From assembly GCA_964573695.1 (NCBI GenBank), contig CAZNKB010000002.1, positions 109,898-173,897 of the forward strand: a DNA stretch of 64,000 bases. Direction: 5' to 3'. Position 1 is the stretch's first letter, and each line of letters begins with the position of its first letter. The notes under the pieces are model-generated. The model made no database searches. It had not been told where the DNA came from and saw only the letters and a program-made list of their open reading frames with translations. Shown in pieces: positions 28,375 through 38,974 of the stretch. A program made the translations under genes and the position numbers. The DNA is from an uncultured Gammaproteobacteria bacterium (lineage in GTDB: Bacteria; Patescibacteriota; Microgenomatia; UBA10105; UBA927).

Positions 28375-29597
28375 GTATGTGCACCGACTATTTCCAATAC
28401 GCGGCGTGCGTCCGAAAGCGAAATCCTTGTCGGTAAGTTGATAATCCGCATAGCAGCCTTTTCCGCAGCCGGACAGCTGCCGGTTGTGTACCCGGCGACT
28501 GACATATCCACTCCGTGTGGGGCGATCACATCACGATACCAGTTCCCCAGCAGTATCCCTGCGGTTTTTGCCTCACTCATGATACGGTCCGGTTTTGCCA
28601 CCAGTATCGGGTATCGCAAAAAACCCGGCTTTATATCATTTGGTGGCACGGGATGATGCAATGCATGCGTATAATAAAGCGCGACAGCCTCGCGCACCGC
28701 GATAAAACGATCGAGCTTACGTAGTTGTCTTTCGAGGATCAAAGACAATGCATTGGGATAGCGAGAAGGAAAGTCTACCGGCTGGCCTCCTAATTTTTCC
28801 TCCGGGTACACCGGGTATGACAGTAACCCGAGCTTTTGCAGTGCCACCAACAAGACCTTGCCTAATCCCAGCGTATAAAGCGGCAAAATAACGGAAAATA
28901 CCACCGGGTGCAATAATTGTTGAAATATCCAAAAGTAACCCGGCATGGCGAGGCTATCGTGATATGTTTTGAGACGGCGGGCTTCATCTTTATAGGAGCC
29001 GCGTATAACAGCTGCCCCGCCCCACACACTGGAAACCACCTTGTCACGCCCGAAACTAAAAAAAGCAGCGTCGCCAATAGCTCCCAGCTTTTTCCCTTTA
29101 TACGTGGCCCCTAATCCATGAGCGCAATCTTCTATAAGGAGGAGCCTTCGTTTACGGGAAATCGACTTGATTGCGTCCATATCGGCGGGCATACCAAAGG
29201 TATGTTGGACGATAATAGCTTTTGTTTTTGACGTGATCTTTTTTTCTATGTCCCTCGGATCCAGATTATACGACGGTGTGATATCCGCATATATAGGTAT
29301 AGCCCCTGCCCAACGGATACTATTTGGAACAGCCACACAGGTAAACGCCTGAATGATCACTTCGTCTCCCGCACCAATGGAAAAAGCGTGAAGAAGGGCG
29401 AGCAACGCGGATCTGCCGCTGTTAAATAACTCTACGGTCTCGGTTTGGGTGTAGGAACGTAACCATGTGCGCACGCGCGCTACACCTTCTCCCTTTTTCC
29501 AACTCCAGGGAGCAAATAGCACTGTGATTGCCCGCCACACGTCCTCCTGCTCGGTATTAGGAGAAAGAGATGCCGAAATGATGCGCGATACAACCAT
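28371..29597 (-). CDS. DegT/DnrJ/EryC1/StrS PLP aminotransferase
   Basis: NSGRSAL, QHTFG, IEDCAH, FSFGRDK. Confidence 0.9.
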   Translation of the reverse strand: MVVSRIISASLSPNTEQEDVWRAITVLFAPWSWKKGEGVARVRTWLRSYTQTETVELFNSGRSALLALLHAFSIGAGDEVIIQAFTCVAVPNSIRWAGAIPIYADITPSYNLDPRDIEKKITSKTKAIIVQHTFGMPADMDAIKSISRKRRLLLIEDCAHGLGATYKGKKLGAIGDAAFFSFGRDKVVSSVWGGAAVIRGSYKDEARRLKTYHDSLAMPGYFWIFQQLLHPVVFSVILPLYTLGLGKVLLVALQKLGLLSYPVYPEEKLGGQPVDFPSRYPNALSLILERQLRKLDRFIAVREAVALYYTHALHHPVPPNDIKPGFLRYPILVAKPDRIMSEAKTAGILLGNWYRDVIAPHGVDMSVAGYTTGSCPAAEKAAMRIINLPTRISLSDARRVLEIVGAHT

Positions 29598-29605
29598 ATG
29601 CGTAT

Positions 29606-31213
29606 TTACTTTATAAGCAGTTTAAGTGCGTGCTCCGTATCCTTGCCTTTAAAGAGAACCGCGTCTCCTTTTCCTACGTGGGACCGGATAAACTCCGCCA
29701 CTTGAGAAGGAGAAGCGACCCGAAGATCTGCCTTGGCAGACTCGCGTCTCACCCCGCGTGCAAAATCCTCGAAATAATTTCTGTTGGTAAGAAATATGGT
29801 GTCGCATACTTTTCCGGCAAGCCTTCCCACCTCCTCATGAGAAGAGGCCGCATACGTGCCAAGTTCAATCATCGGCTGGAATACCAAAATCTTTTTACCT
29901 TTCACACGGTCCAAAAAATGGATTGCCGCACGTGCCGCATCGGGATTATTGTTAAACGTATCATCGATAAAAATCGATCCTTTTGTCCCACGATGAGCTT
30001 CCATAACCTTGCTCGCGCCGGATACATCCCTAGCGCTACGGCAGGATTCTTCAAATGTCATCCCGCAGGCAACTGCCCCAGCTATCGCAGCAAGTAAATT
30101 TTGGACCTGGTGTGCGCCCAGTACCCGCGCAGAAACCAAAAACCCGGATGTATCGCTATGACAGCGGAACCTGACTCCCTCTAATGTTGCCTCTGTCTCA
30201 CTCGCCCAAAATACATGACGCAACCGACCGGTATATGCATCAATGGATTTTTTGTTCAGGGCATACCCCCATACGTCACACCCGTCCGCCTGTGCACGCA
30301 AACCCATTTCCCTTACGTGGGGATCATCGAGATTTATAATTGCGATTCGCCTCCCGGTAAGCCCCCGGATGAGTTCATATTTTGCTTTCATTGTCGTCTC
30401 TATCGAGCCGAACAAATCCTGATGCTGGGGATTTATGGCTGTCAATATCGCGATTTGGGGTTTGACCATAGAAGACATTGTCGAAATTTCACCTCTCTTG
30501 TATGCGCCCATTTCCACCACAAATACCGAAGTATCCGGCCGTAGCGACCGAAGTATCACCTCAGCGATACCGATAGGAGAATTTTTACTTGCTTCCGTTT
30601 TGAGCGTCGAATACTTTTTTGCAATCACCGTCGCGAGATACTCCTTCACAGAAGTTTTCCCGTAACTTCCCGTGATGCCCAGGACGGTCATCGGATCATG
30701 CTTCCTAAAGATACGAAGCGCCTGACGTATGACCAGTGCGTGATATATATGCGTCGGGACAGATAGACCCAACACGACAAGAGCACTATAGGGAAACAGT
30801 AATACGTCCACCAGCGCCAGAGACACGACGGGAGGCGTTGGTGCAAACAGCAATACAAGGCCGGTGGCCACCATAGCAAATCCTCCAATCACGAACACTT
30901 TCGGGGAAATTGGCGGCAAGGACCAGCGTCTCATATGTCTTATATACCCAAGCCCCACGGCAAACACGCCAAGCGAAAGGATTATCTCTATAATCTGCCT
31001 CATCGGGGTCACGAACCACGCCGTGATAAGAACCATGAGTGCGATGTGGGATACGCCAAACAGCATGTGGCTCCCTTGTTTTGTGCGCAGATGAATACGC
31101 ATCCTGTCCAAACGATATTCTTTTCTCCACCAGAGAAAAAGCAACCCGGACACGACATAACTCAACCTCAGGATGAAACCTACCACTCCCAACACTGTGA
31201 AAGCTATGTCCAT
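29606..31213 (-). CDS. murF: MurF ligase with N-terminal membrane domain
   Basis: GITGSYGKTSVKE, VEMGA, DDTFNNNP, MIELG, LFKG. Confidence 0.88.
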   Translation of the reverse strand: MDIAFTVLGVVGFILRLSYVVSGLLFLWWRKEYRLDRMRIHLRTKQGSHMLFGVSHIALMVLITAWFVTPMRQIIEIILSLGVFAVGLGYIRHMRRWSLPPISPKVFVIGGFAMVATGLVLLFAPTPPVVSLALVDVLLFPYSALVVLGLSVPTHIYHALVIRQALRIFRKHDPMTVLGITGSYGKTSVKEYLATVIAKKYSTLKTEASKNSPIGIAEVILRSLRPDTSVFVVEMGAYKRGEISTMSSMVKPQIAILTAINPQHQDLFGSIETTMKAKYELIRGLTGRRIAIINLDDPHVREMGLRAQADGCDVWGYALNKKSIDAYTGRLRHVFWASETEATLEGVRFRCHSDTSGFLVSARVLGAHQVQNLLAAIAGAVACGMTFEESCRSARDVSGASKVMEAHRGTKGSIFIDDTFNNNPDAARAAIHFLDRVKGKKILVFQPMIELGTYAASSHEEVGRLAGKVCDTIFLTNRNYFEDFARGVRRESAKADLRVASPSQVAEFIRSHVGKGDAVLFKGKDTEHALKLLIK

Positions 31214-31214
31214 A

Positions 31215-31934
31215 TTACGTGTGCATGAAGTCTTCTATATAGGAAAAAAAGAGTTTGGCCTGCTTAAACGGCACACCATGATCCTGCTCGGGGATAATCT
31301 TGAGTGTTGCGGCGGGAATGACCTCCACCATGCGACGCGCCACCTGAAGCGGAACGATTACGTCAAATTCTCCCCATACCAAAAGGCACGGTATCCGAAT
31401 AGACGCCATTGCGAGTGTCAGGTCGTCTTGTACGATATATTTAAATGTCTGTCGCATAGAGCCTTCCGCCCGCAAAAACTCCCTGGCTCCGGCAATATAA
31501 TACAAAAATCTCCTGGCCCGATCAGCCAGGACGTTCAGCACCGGGAGGGCAAACAACATGCCTCCGATTTTGGAAATGACGAGAAAAAACAGTAGTTTTT
31601 TGGTTGGTATGGGGCTAAATCCCGGAGTACCTGTGAGTACGAGCGAACGGATGTCTTTTGGATACAACTGCGAAAACTTAAGCGCCACACGGCCTCCGAA
31701 TGAATGCCCGATAATAATCGGCTCATGGATATGGTTTTTGACCATGTAGGATTTGAGAAACTCCGCATAGTCCACCACATGCCACGGTTTCTCGGGGGCT
31801 CTCTCAGTCCCAAAGCCCGGTAAATCCGGGGTGAAGGTACGGAATCCAGATTGCCTCAACACCTGGGCAAGTGACGCGAATCTGCTACCGGAAAGGTTCC
31901 ACCCATGCAGGATGATCACATCTGCTGATTTCAT
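31215..31934 (-). CDS. Alpha/beta hydrolase
   Basis: LHGW, DLPGFG, GHSFGG, WGEFD, H. Confidence 0.9.
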   Translation of the reverse strand: MKSADVIILHGWNLSGSRFASLAQVLRQSGFRTFTPDLPGFGTERAPEKPWHVVDYAEFLKSYMVKNHIHEPIIIGHSFGGRVALKFSQLYPKDIRSLVLTGTPGFSPIPTKKLLFFLVISKIGGMLFALPVLNVLADRARRFLYYIAGAREFLRAEGSMRQTFKYIVQDDLTLAMASIRIPCLLVWGEFDVIVPLQVARRMVEVIPAATLKIIPEQDHGVPFKQAKLFFSYIEDFMHT

Positions 31935-31941
31935 ATCATGG

Positions 31942-33249
31942 TTATAGTTTCGCTTTGTATACGGAGCGGTCAGTGCCTATAGATTTGGTGTTCTTCATAA
32001 CCGTAAATCCCGACTTCGCGACGCAAAACGACCCTTCGGGTATATCCGAATCAAGGACAACTCCTGCACCTATCATCGAGTTGGAGCCGATTTTTACCCC
32101 AGGCATGATACTGACGTTTACCCCGATTCGCACATCCCGGGCGATCATCGCGCCCAATTTGTTTCTGTGCGTAGACAATCGGGATCCGCTTACTACCGAT
32201 GAAATTTCTCCTTCGTCAAGCCGCAAGTTTGCCAACACCGAACCAGATCCCATACTGATATTCCCCTCTAATACACTGTCGCCGATGTAGTTGCTATGGA
32301 ACCAGCAATGATCCCCAATATAACTGCGGGTAATGTCGGTATTAAATCCCGTCACACATTGTGGTCCGATATAACTGTTTCTAATAATGTTGTTGTTGCC
32401 GATAATTGTTCCGTCTCCTATATAGACCGGGCCGACAATTTTAGTGTTTTCCATAATCTTTACGTTATTGCCTAGGTAGACGGTGCCTTCGATACTCACA
32501 TTGTTGTGAATGTCCACCTGTTTACCCCGACCGGCTTTGAGCTGGCTTGCGAGCACGTGATCCATAATATCAAGCACGTGCCAGGGATATTTGAGCGAAA
32601 CAAACCTTTCTTCATACGGATATACTGCAAATCGATACTCCTTCATGAGACTCGTAAGCGCTTGTTCGTATACGTCGTCGGTATCCTGTTTGATCGACTC
32701 GAGGGCTCGGATAAGCGCATCGGCATCCCTCATAAACTGACCACCGAAATAGACGTAGTCACTGGGAGTTTTTCCCTCTCCCGGCTTTTCCCGTATACCG
32801 ATAGGGCGATCTTCCCGAAAAACAACGTAGCCGCCGGGGTAGTATGATTTCGGTTTCCAAACCGTCAGCACACCAAATACGTCAGGTTTAGCAAGCGAAA
32901 GTTGCGCACTCATAAGCCCGGAATCCGCGAGATCGTCAGCAATCATGATCATGATGCTTTTGCCTGAAATCTCTTTTTTGGCGGCTAGCACCGCACCTGC
33001 CATACCGTTAGCGCGCTCCTGTACGACCACGGTCACCGGTACGGGAAACGTTCGGTTTACAAAAAAATCCCGATTATGATTACTGGTCACGATAACACAT
33101 TCAGAAATCTCTTCGGGAAAATCCTTCGGCATTGCATAATCAAATAACGATTTATCCAAAAACGGGAATAGATTTTTGTCCGTAACAAACGGCCAAAAGC
33201 GTTTGCCCTCCCCCGCGGCCAATATGACGAGCGTGATAGTTTTTTTCAT
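31942..33249 (-). CDS. Bifunctional sugar-1-phosphate nucleotidyltransferase/acetyltransferase (archaeal-type GlmU-like)
   Basis: LAAGEGKRFWP..K, EKP, YPW, hexapeptide repeats, YIGDSV, ANLR, KLGA. Confidence 0.85.
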   Translation of the reverse strand: MKKTITLVILAAGEGKRFWPFVTDKNLFPFLDKSLFDYAMPKDFPEEISECVIVTSNHNRDFFVNRTFPVPVTVVVQERANGMAGAVLAAKKEISGKSIMIMIADDLADSGLMSAQLSLAKPDVFGVLTVWKPKSYYPGGYVVFREDRPIGIREKPGEGKTPSDYVYFGGQFMRDADALIRALESIKQDTDDVYEQALTSLMKEYRFAVYPYEERFVSLKYPWHVLDIMDHVLASQLKAGRGKQVDIHNNVSIEGTVYLGNNVKIMENTKIVGPVYIGDGTIIGNNNIIRNSYIGPQCVTGFNTDITRSYIGDHCWFHSNYIGDSVLEGNISMGSGSVLANLRLDEGEISSVVSGSRLSTHRNKLGAMIARDVRIGVNVSIMPGVKIGSNSMIGAGVVLDSDIPEGSFCVAKSGFTVMKNTKSIGTDRSVYKAKL

Positions 33250-34586
33250 AGGACTTTTTCCTTTTTGCGTTTGATAGTCGCACCGATGTTCGTCAATCTG
33301 TTTTCCAGGTCTTCATATCCCCGGTCGATAAGTTCGACATTATGAAGATAGCTCTCTCCGCTTGCCGTCAACGCCGCCAACACGAGCGACGCTCCCGCCC
33401 GTATGTCATCGACAGAAAGCACAGCGTCGTGAAGTTTAGTGGGTCCTTGTATACGGATACCCTGATGAAATTCCGGTTTTCGGTCTTCCCAGTTAAAGTT
33501 ATAAAACTCCGGCGGATTTTTGACGGCGGGGTCATAGAATTCTATCTCAGCTCCCATTTTCTTGAGTTCGGATACATAAGAAAATCTGCTTTCGAATACG
33601 GTCTCATGAATCGTTGAGGCACCACTGGCTTGCGTCATAAATACCGCCCAGGGAGCCTGCCAATCGGTCATAAATCCGGGATGCGGCGACGTCACGATGT
33701 CTGTCGCAATAATACTACCTTTATGGCTATACCGGGTGCGGGTCGCGTCTATAGGCTCGTACATACCGCCGGCTTTTGTGAATTGCTCCAAAAACGATCC
33801 CAAATGCTCGCGCTGCGAACCCGAAACGACGAGATCCCCGCCCGTAATTGCGGCGGCGATAGCGAAAGTAACTTCTTCATTGCGGTCAGGCATAATGGTA
33901 TATTCTATCCCGCAAAGTGAGCTCACGCCGGTGATTTCTATCACCCGTGGACTGACCCGTTTTATATCGGCTCCCATAAGGTTAAGGCACGCTATGAGAT
34001 CGTCTACCTCTACTTCTTCTGCGGCATTTTCTATAATGGTCCTCCCCTTGGCAAGCACGGCTGCCAGCAATATCGTCTCCGTTCCGGTGTGAGTATTTTT
34101 GGGAAAATTCACCGTCGCGCCATGAAGCGAGCTGGCGCTCGCATGAAAAAATCCGTCCTCTGAATTGTATTCAATCGTAGCCCCCATATCCTTAAGACCC
34201 TCGATATGCCTATCAATCGGTCGGGCCCCGAGTCGACACCCTCCCGGGTTGGGAACCGTAGCCGAACCATATCGGGCCAGGAGAGGACCCAGCACCATAG
34301 ACGACGTTCGCAATCTTGCTCCGATATCTAGCGGCACCAATGGATATTTATTCATCGTGCCGTTTTTGATCCGAACGTCGTGATTATCAAATTGAGCCGT
34401 TACCCCCAGACTCCTCAGTACTTCGATAAGGGAAAACACGTCTCTCAGGTGAGGAACGTTATGGATGACAATTTCTTCGTCCGTCAGAAGCGAGGCGATG
34501 AGAATCTTAAGAGCGACGTTTTTGGCTCCGGCTACCCCGATTTCTCCGTGCAACGGCTTGGCTCCCTTGATAATAAACGTATCCAT
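33246..34586 (-). CDS. murA: UDP-GlcNAc 1-carboxyvinyltransferase
   Basis: GAKN, PGGCRLGARPID.H, PGFMTD, DIRAG, RGY. Confidence 0.97.
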   Translation of the reverse strand: MDTFIIKGAKPLHGEIGVAGAKNVALKILIASLLTDEEIVIHNVPHLRDVFSLIEVLRSLGVTAQFDNHDVRIKNGTMNKYPLVPLDIGARLRTSSMVLGPLLARYGSATVPNPGGCRLGARPIDRHIEGLKDMGATIEYNSEDGFFHASASSLHGATVNFPKNTHTGTETILLAAVLAKGRTIIENAAEEVEVDDLIACLNLMGADIKRVSPRVIEITGVSSLCGIEYTIMPDRNEEVTFAIAAAITGGDLVVSGSQREHLGSFLEQFTKAGGMYEPIDATRTRYSHKGSIIATDIVTSPHPGFMTDWQAPWAVFMTQASGASTIHETVFESRFSYVSELKKMGAEIEFYDPAVKNPPEFYNFNWEDRKPEFHQGIRIQGPTKLHDAVLSVDDIRAGASLVLAALTASGESYLHNVELIDRGYEDLENRLTNIGATIKRKKEKVL

Positions 34587-34590
34587 ATAG

Positions 34591-35574
34591 TTAAAATTCC
34601 CCGACTCTGACTATCTCTTCTTCCAAATTGACACCAAATTTTTGCTTGACGGCCACTCGTGCTTTTTCAATTAATTCTACCACGTCTGCGGCTTTGGCAT
34701 TTTTGCGGTTAATGATGAAATTTGCGTGCACGGGTGAAATTTGGGCATCTCCGACGACATGGCCTTTGAGCCCCGCGTTGTCTACCAAAAATCCCGCCGA
34801 CGTGGTGAGGTTGGGAGTATTTGCCGTAAGCGCTGTCGCCTTTGATATATTCTTAAACGTGCACCCTGCGGAAAAGACTCCCTGCGGCTGCGTTTCCCGC
34901 CTGTAGGATATGCTCGAGTTGGCAATCTCCCAAAGACGATCTTTTTGATCCTGTAGGAGAGCAAACGTTACGGATACGATGACATCTTGGGTTTTTTGAA
35001 TCGCACTATAATCATACGAAAAGTTAAAATAATCCCTTGTCACCGACATTGTCTCCCCTTTCGGGGTGATAATTGTCGCCTGAAAAACCGGATCCCCGAC
35101 ATACCCCTCGGGCTTCGTCCACTTGGAGTTCATACATACAGCTCCCCCCACGCTTCCCGGAAGCCCGAGCTGCATCTCGAGCCCTGATAATCCCTCCTCG
35201 ATCGTAAATCGTACGAGCTTGTTGAACGCTACTCCGGAGTCCGCTTCGACAAATACCGTACGCCGCGATGCACCCTTTTCCACTGATCCCTTTACCCCCC
35301 GTATCGAAATACCCTGGGTTGAATTTTTTATGACAAATGCGCGTATTCCTTTGTCACCGATGAGGATATTGGTGCCTCCGCCGAGTATAAAAATCGGCAA
35401 TCCGGCACTTCGGGAAAGAGTAACTGCCGTGACGAAATCTTCACGGGTTTTCGCATCGAAAAACACATCGGCGGGCCCGCCGATTTTGAAGGTGGTGTAT
35501 CGTCCCAGCGGTTCATCCGTTTTCAGGCGGTCGCCAAATGCACTGCGTAATGCTTCCGGAATTTGAATTGTCAT
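34591..35574 (-). CDS. murB: UDP-N-acetylenolpyruvoylglucosamine reductase
   Basis: TTFKIGGPA, GGGTN, PGSVGG, SAGCTFKN, HANF. Confidence 0.95.
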   Translation of the reverse strand: MTIQIPEALRSAFGDRLKTDEPLGRYTTFKIGGPADVFFDAKTREDFVTAVTLSRSAGLPIFILGGGTNILIGDKGIRAFVIKNSTQGISIRGVKGSVEKGASRRTVFVEADSGVAFNKLVRFTIEEGLSGLEMQLGLPGSVGGAVCMNSKWTKPEGYVGDPVFQATIITPKGETMSVTRDYFNFSYDYSAIQKTQDVIVSVTFALLQDQKDRLWEIANSSISYRRETQPQGVFSAGCTFKNISKATALTANTPNLTTSAGFLVDNAGLKGHVVGDAQISPVHANFIINRKNAKAADVVELIEKARVAVKQKFGVNLEEEIVRVGEF

Positions 35575-36992
35575 ATTGACATGGTTTGTCCGTACTCAGC
35601 TATGATTGCCGGCTCCCAATTATAGATGTCACCTGCTCCCATAAACAGCACGATGTCGCCCTCTGCCGCAAGCTCGCGAAGTTTATGCGATATGGCTCGT
35701 TGATCTTTTGCGTAATGCACATCTTTATGATATTTGGCTGCCTCCGTAACGAGCGTCATACCGTTTATTCCCAGTGAATCGTGTTCGCGGGCAGAGGCGT
35801 AGATATCAGCCAAAAGCACCGTATCGGCACTGGAAAAACACCTGCTGAATTCTTGCAACAGTGATCTGGTCCGGGAATACGTATGCGGCTGAAAAACGGC
35901 GATGATACGCTGCTTAGGATACCACTCCCTGGCGGCTTTTATAGTTGCCGCGACTTCCGCGGGATGATGAGCGTAATCATCATAAAACGTTACACCTCGC
36001 ACGAGAGACAACTTTTCAAACCGGCGCTTGGTGCCCGTAAACCCAAGCAATCCCTCACGCAATACATCCCAAGAAACGCCAGCAACGTGACAGGTAACAA
36101 GCGCTGCTACCGCATTGGACACATTATGTTTACCCGGTACTTTGAGCGAAAACTCCCCCAGCAATACCCCGCGCTCTTCAAGGGAGAAAAAAGTCCGCTC
36201 CTGACCAGCACCTACCCGAGTAATCCTGTATGTCGCCGCAGGAGAAAATCCATACGTCAGGGCTGATGTATTTTTTCGTAACTCACGACTATTGGGGTCA
36301 TCGGCGTTGAGGACTGATATAGCGCTCTTGTTTTGAAGACTGAGAAACGCTCCCTTTACCGCTTCCAGATCGGGATATGCATCGGGATGATCATAATCGA
36401 TATTGGTGACGACTAATATTTTGGGATCAAGCCAAAGGAATCGAGGCGTCAGGTCGTGAGTCGGATCAGTGATGTATTCGTCACCTTCTGCCACAAACCA
36501 GGCGCCCTTTCCTTTGTGACCGGCGGCCCCAAGCCCCGCTATGGACCCGCACCCGATAGCAAAACTCGGATCGAGCTTGGCGTGCGTGAGCAAAACGGCA
36601 ATCATAGCGCTTGTCGTCGTTTTTCCGTGGCATCCCGATACGACGATCTGACGCGAAGTTTTCATAATATCGCCGAGTGCAGCCCCATGGGGTAAAACAG
36701 GAATACCCTCTTTTATCGCCGCTTGAACTTCGACATTATCCCTTCCTCCGTGCGCTCCGGTGTAATAGACGACGTCGGGTCTGTTTTGTCCCTTTATGTG
36801 ATTCGGATCAAAACCAGAAAAAACAGTGATTCCTGTGGCCTTCAATTCTTCTTGGGTGGGGAAATCTTCCGGCACATCGCTTCCTGTTACTCTCACCCCG
36901 GACTGAGTGAGATACACGGCAAGGGACGTCATTGCCACGCCTTTTATTCCGACTAAATGTGCTTTCTTTTTCGCGGTTTTGGTATTTCTCAT
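35571..36992 (-). CDS. murC: UDP-MurNAc--L-alanine ligase
   Basis: GIKGVAM, HGKTTT, EGDE, DHPD, RRFE, DDYAHHP, FQPH. Confidence 0.96.
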   Translation of the reverse strand: MRNTKTAKKKAHLVGIKGVAMTSLAVYLTQSGVRVTGSDVPEDFPTQEELKATGITVFSGFDPNHIKGQNRPDVVYYTGAHGGRDNVEVQAAIKEGIPVLPHGAALGDIMKTSRQIVVSGCHGKTTTSAMIAVLLTHAKLDPSFAIGCGSIAGLGAAGHKGKGAWFVAEGDEYITDPTHDLTPRFLWLDPKILVVTNIDYDHPDAYPDLEAVKGAFLSLQNKSAISVLNADDPNSRELRKNTSALTYGFSPAATYRITRVGAGQERTFFSLEERGVLLGEFSLKVPGKHNVSNAVAALVTCHVAGVSWDVLREGLLGFTGTKRRFEKLSLVRGVTFYDDYAHHPAEVAATIKAAREWYPKQRIIAVFQPHTYSRTRSLLQEFSRCFSSADTVLLADIYASAREHDSLGINGMTLVTEAAKYHKDVHYAKDQRAISHKLRELAAEGDIVLFMGAGDIYNWEPAIIAEYGQTMSI

Positions 36993-36999
36993 AATAGGA

Positions 37000-37722
37000 T
37001 TATGCGGTATAACCGATGACTCCGATAAGTTCGCCGAACGTGTCTTTGCTGTCTTTACGGTAGGAATAAAACGTATCTATCTGACAGGACGTACACAAAA
37101 TCGGCGCATCGATGTGATCAGGCGCGATTCCCGAATTCAACAACTCGCAGCGGTTTGCGTACCCTATATCAAGATGCCACCCGTCTGATTTTTTTGCCGC
37201 GACGGAGGGGGTGTCGCCAAAAACCGAAAGAAATTTGACAGCCCGATCGTCCTGTACGGTATAGCAGCATCCCCCGATATGCGGCCCGATAGAAGCATAT
37301 ATATCACTTCTTGTCGCTCCCATGTCGGTCATTTTCTTCACCGCATTTGCGACTATATGGGACAATGTTCCTTTCCAGCCGGCGTGCACGGCGGCGATGA
37401 CCCGAGCATTTGGATCAACGAGCAACACGGGTACACAATCCGCTACATGTACTTCCAACAAAAGACCTGCTCGCCTGGACACCAGACCGTCGACACCGGA
37501 AATGACTGCGGTGACGGCTGAGTTCACCTCGGCGATATCGTTTCCGTGAACCTGCTGCCCTCTTACAATGGGACCGTCACCATAGGCTAAGGCGCTGGCA
37601 ATCGCGTGGGTATTTTGCTCAATCCGCGCGTCCCCGTATGTTCGGGTCGAATACCCGTGAACCAAACCGGATATACCGGACAAAAGTGTAGATTGATAGA
37701 GATCGTTTTTGTCACTCTGCAT
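37000..37722 (-). CDS. pgeF: PgeF/YlmD/YfiH peptidoglycan editing factor
   Basis: QVHG, ADCVPV, HAGWKG, GPHIG..CY, FYSYR. Confidence 0.92.
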   Translation of the reverse strand: MQSDKNDLYQSTLLSGISGLVHGYSTRTYGDARIEQNTHAIASALAYGDGPIVRGQQVHGNDIAEVNSAVTAVISGVDGLVSRRAGLLLEVHVADCVPVLLVDPNARVIAAVHAGWKGTLSHIVANAVKKMTDMGATRSDIYASIGPHIGGCCYTVQDDRAVKFLSVFGDTPSVAAKKSDGWHLDIGYANRCELLNSGIAPDHIDAPILCTSCQIDTFYSYRKDSKDTFGELIGVIGYTA

Positions 37723-37731
37723 AAGAGAATG

Positions 37732-38907
37732 TTATGGCATGCGTTTTATTATCTTTTTTATTTCGTCCGTATCGCTCCAGGGAAACTCCTTGGTACCCCG
37801 ACACAGGCTTTTCTCATGCCCCTTACCTGTTGCAATCAGGACATCGCCCGGCTTGGCATAGGATATGGCGAATTTGAGTGCATCACGCCGATTGGGATAC
37901 CGATGTACTTCTTTTCCTTCCGGAATACCCGATGCTATGGCATCGATAATGGTTTCCACATTTTCCGTGCGGTAATCTTCTTCGGTGAGCACGATGACAT
38001 CGCTGTATTCGGCCGATGCCTTACCCATGAGTGGCCGCTTGCTCTTGTCCCGCAGTCCCGCGCTTCCGAAAACATGAATCAGACGCTTCTTGGTCATTTT
38101 CCTCGCGGTTGCCAGTGCGCTGACAATCGCATTGGGAGTGTGAGCAAAATCCACAATGACGCGAAACGGTTTGTCCTGTACGGTCTCCATTCTTCCGGGG
38201 ACCCCTCCGAATTGGGAAACGGCCGCCTTGGCGAGTGTGCTATCTACACCCAGCGCTTGTGAAACGGCCAAAGCTGCCAATACATTATACCTGTTAAATT
38301 CGCCTGGTAGCATCGATGTAAACGGAAATGTCTTGGGATTGACCATGCTGTCTCTTCGGATTCCATACGTGATATAGCGTTTGCGGGACAGGAGCGGTGT
38401 CACCGCCAGGTAGACCTTCGCAGCGTCACGGTTAATGACCGCGACGTTGCTTTGTCTAAAAAGCGACAATTTGGTGTTGAGATAGTGATGAAACGTCCCG
38501 TGCCAGTCCAGATGCTCGTGGGTCACGTTTGTAATCGCCGATACGGCAAACCGTACGCCGAATACCCGATACTGGCTCAATGCATGCGAGGTCACCTCGA
38601 GCACCATGTGCGTATCCCCGTGGTTGAGGGCTTCACGCAAATATTTCTGGACCCACCATGCCGTCGGTGTGGTGACATGAAACCCCGTATCATAGTTCCT
38701 GCCGGCAATGGTCGCGTGTACCGATGTAATTTTCGAGGCTTTATACCCGGCTTTTTTGAGTATCTCGTAAATAAGCGTCGTGGTTGTTGTCTTGCCGTCG
38801 GTCCCCGTCACTCCTATAACCGTGAGCTTGTGACTCGGAAATCCAAACCATATGTTGGCAATCATCGCAACCAATAGATGATACAGCCCTTTGAGGCTTC
38901 GAAGCAT
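37732..38907 (-). CDS. murE: UDP-MurNAc-dipeptide--amino acid ligase
   Basis: GVTGTDGKTT, TTP, EVTSH, HEHLD.H, DFAHTP, GKGHE. Confidence 0.93.
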   Translation of the reverse strand: MLRSLKGLYHLLVAMIANIWFGFPSHKLTVIGVTGTDGKTTTTTLIYEILKKAGYKASKITSVHATIAGRNYDTGFHVTTPTAWWVQKYLREALNHGDTHMVLEVTSHALSQYRVFGVRFAVSAITNVTHEHLDWHGTFHHYLNTKLSLFRQSNVAVINRDAAKVYLAVTPLLSRKRYITYGIRRDSMVNPKTFPFTSMLPGEFNRYNVLAALAVSQALGVDSTLAKAAVSQFGGVPGRMETVQDKPFRVIVDFAHTPNAIVSALATARKMTKKRLIHVFGSAGLRDKSKRPLMGKASAEYSDVIVLTEEDYRTENVETIIDAIASGIPEGKEVHRYPNRRDALKFAISYAKPGDVLIATGKGHEKSLCRGTKEFPWSDTDEIKKIIKRMP

Positions 38908-38974
38908 GTGTCTATTATAGCGAAAAACGGCCACGAAGAGCAAAATTGCCGACCGTATCAAGAAAAAAACACTT

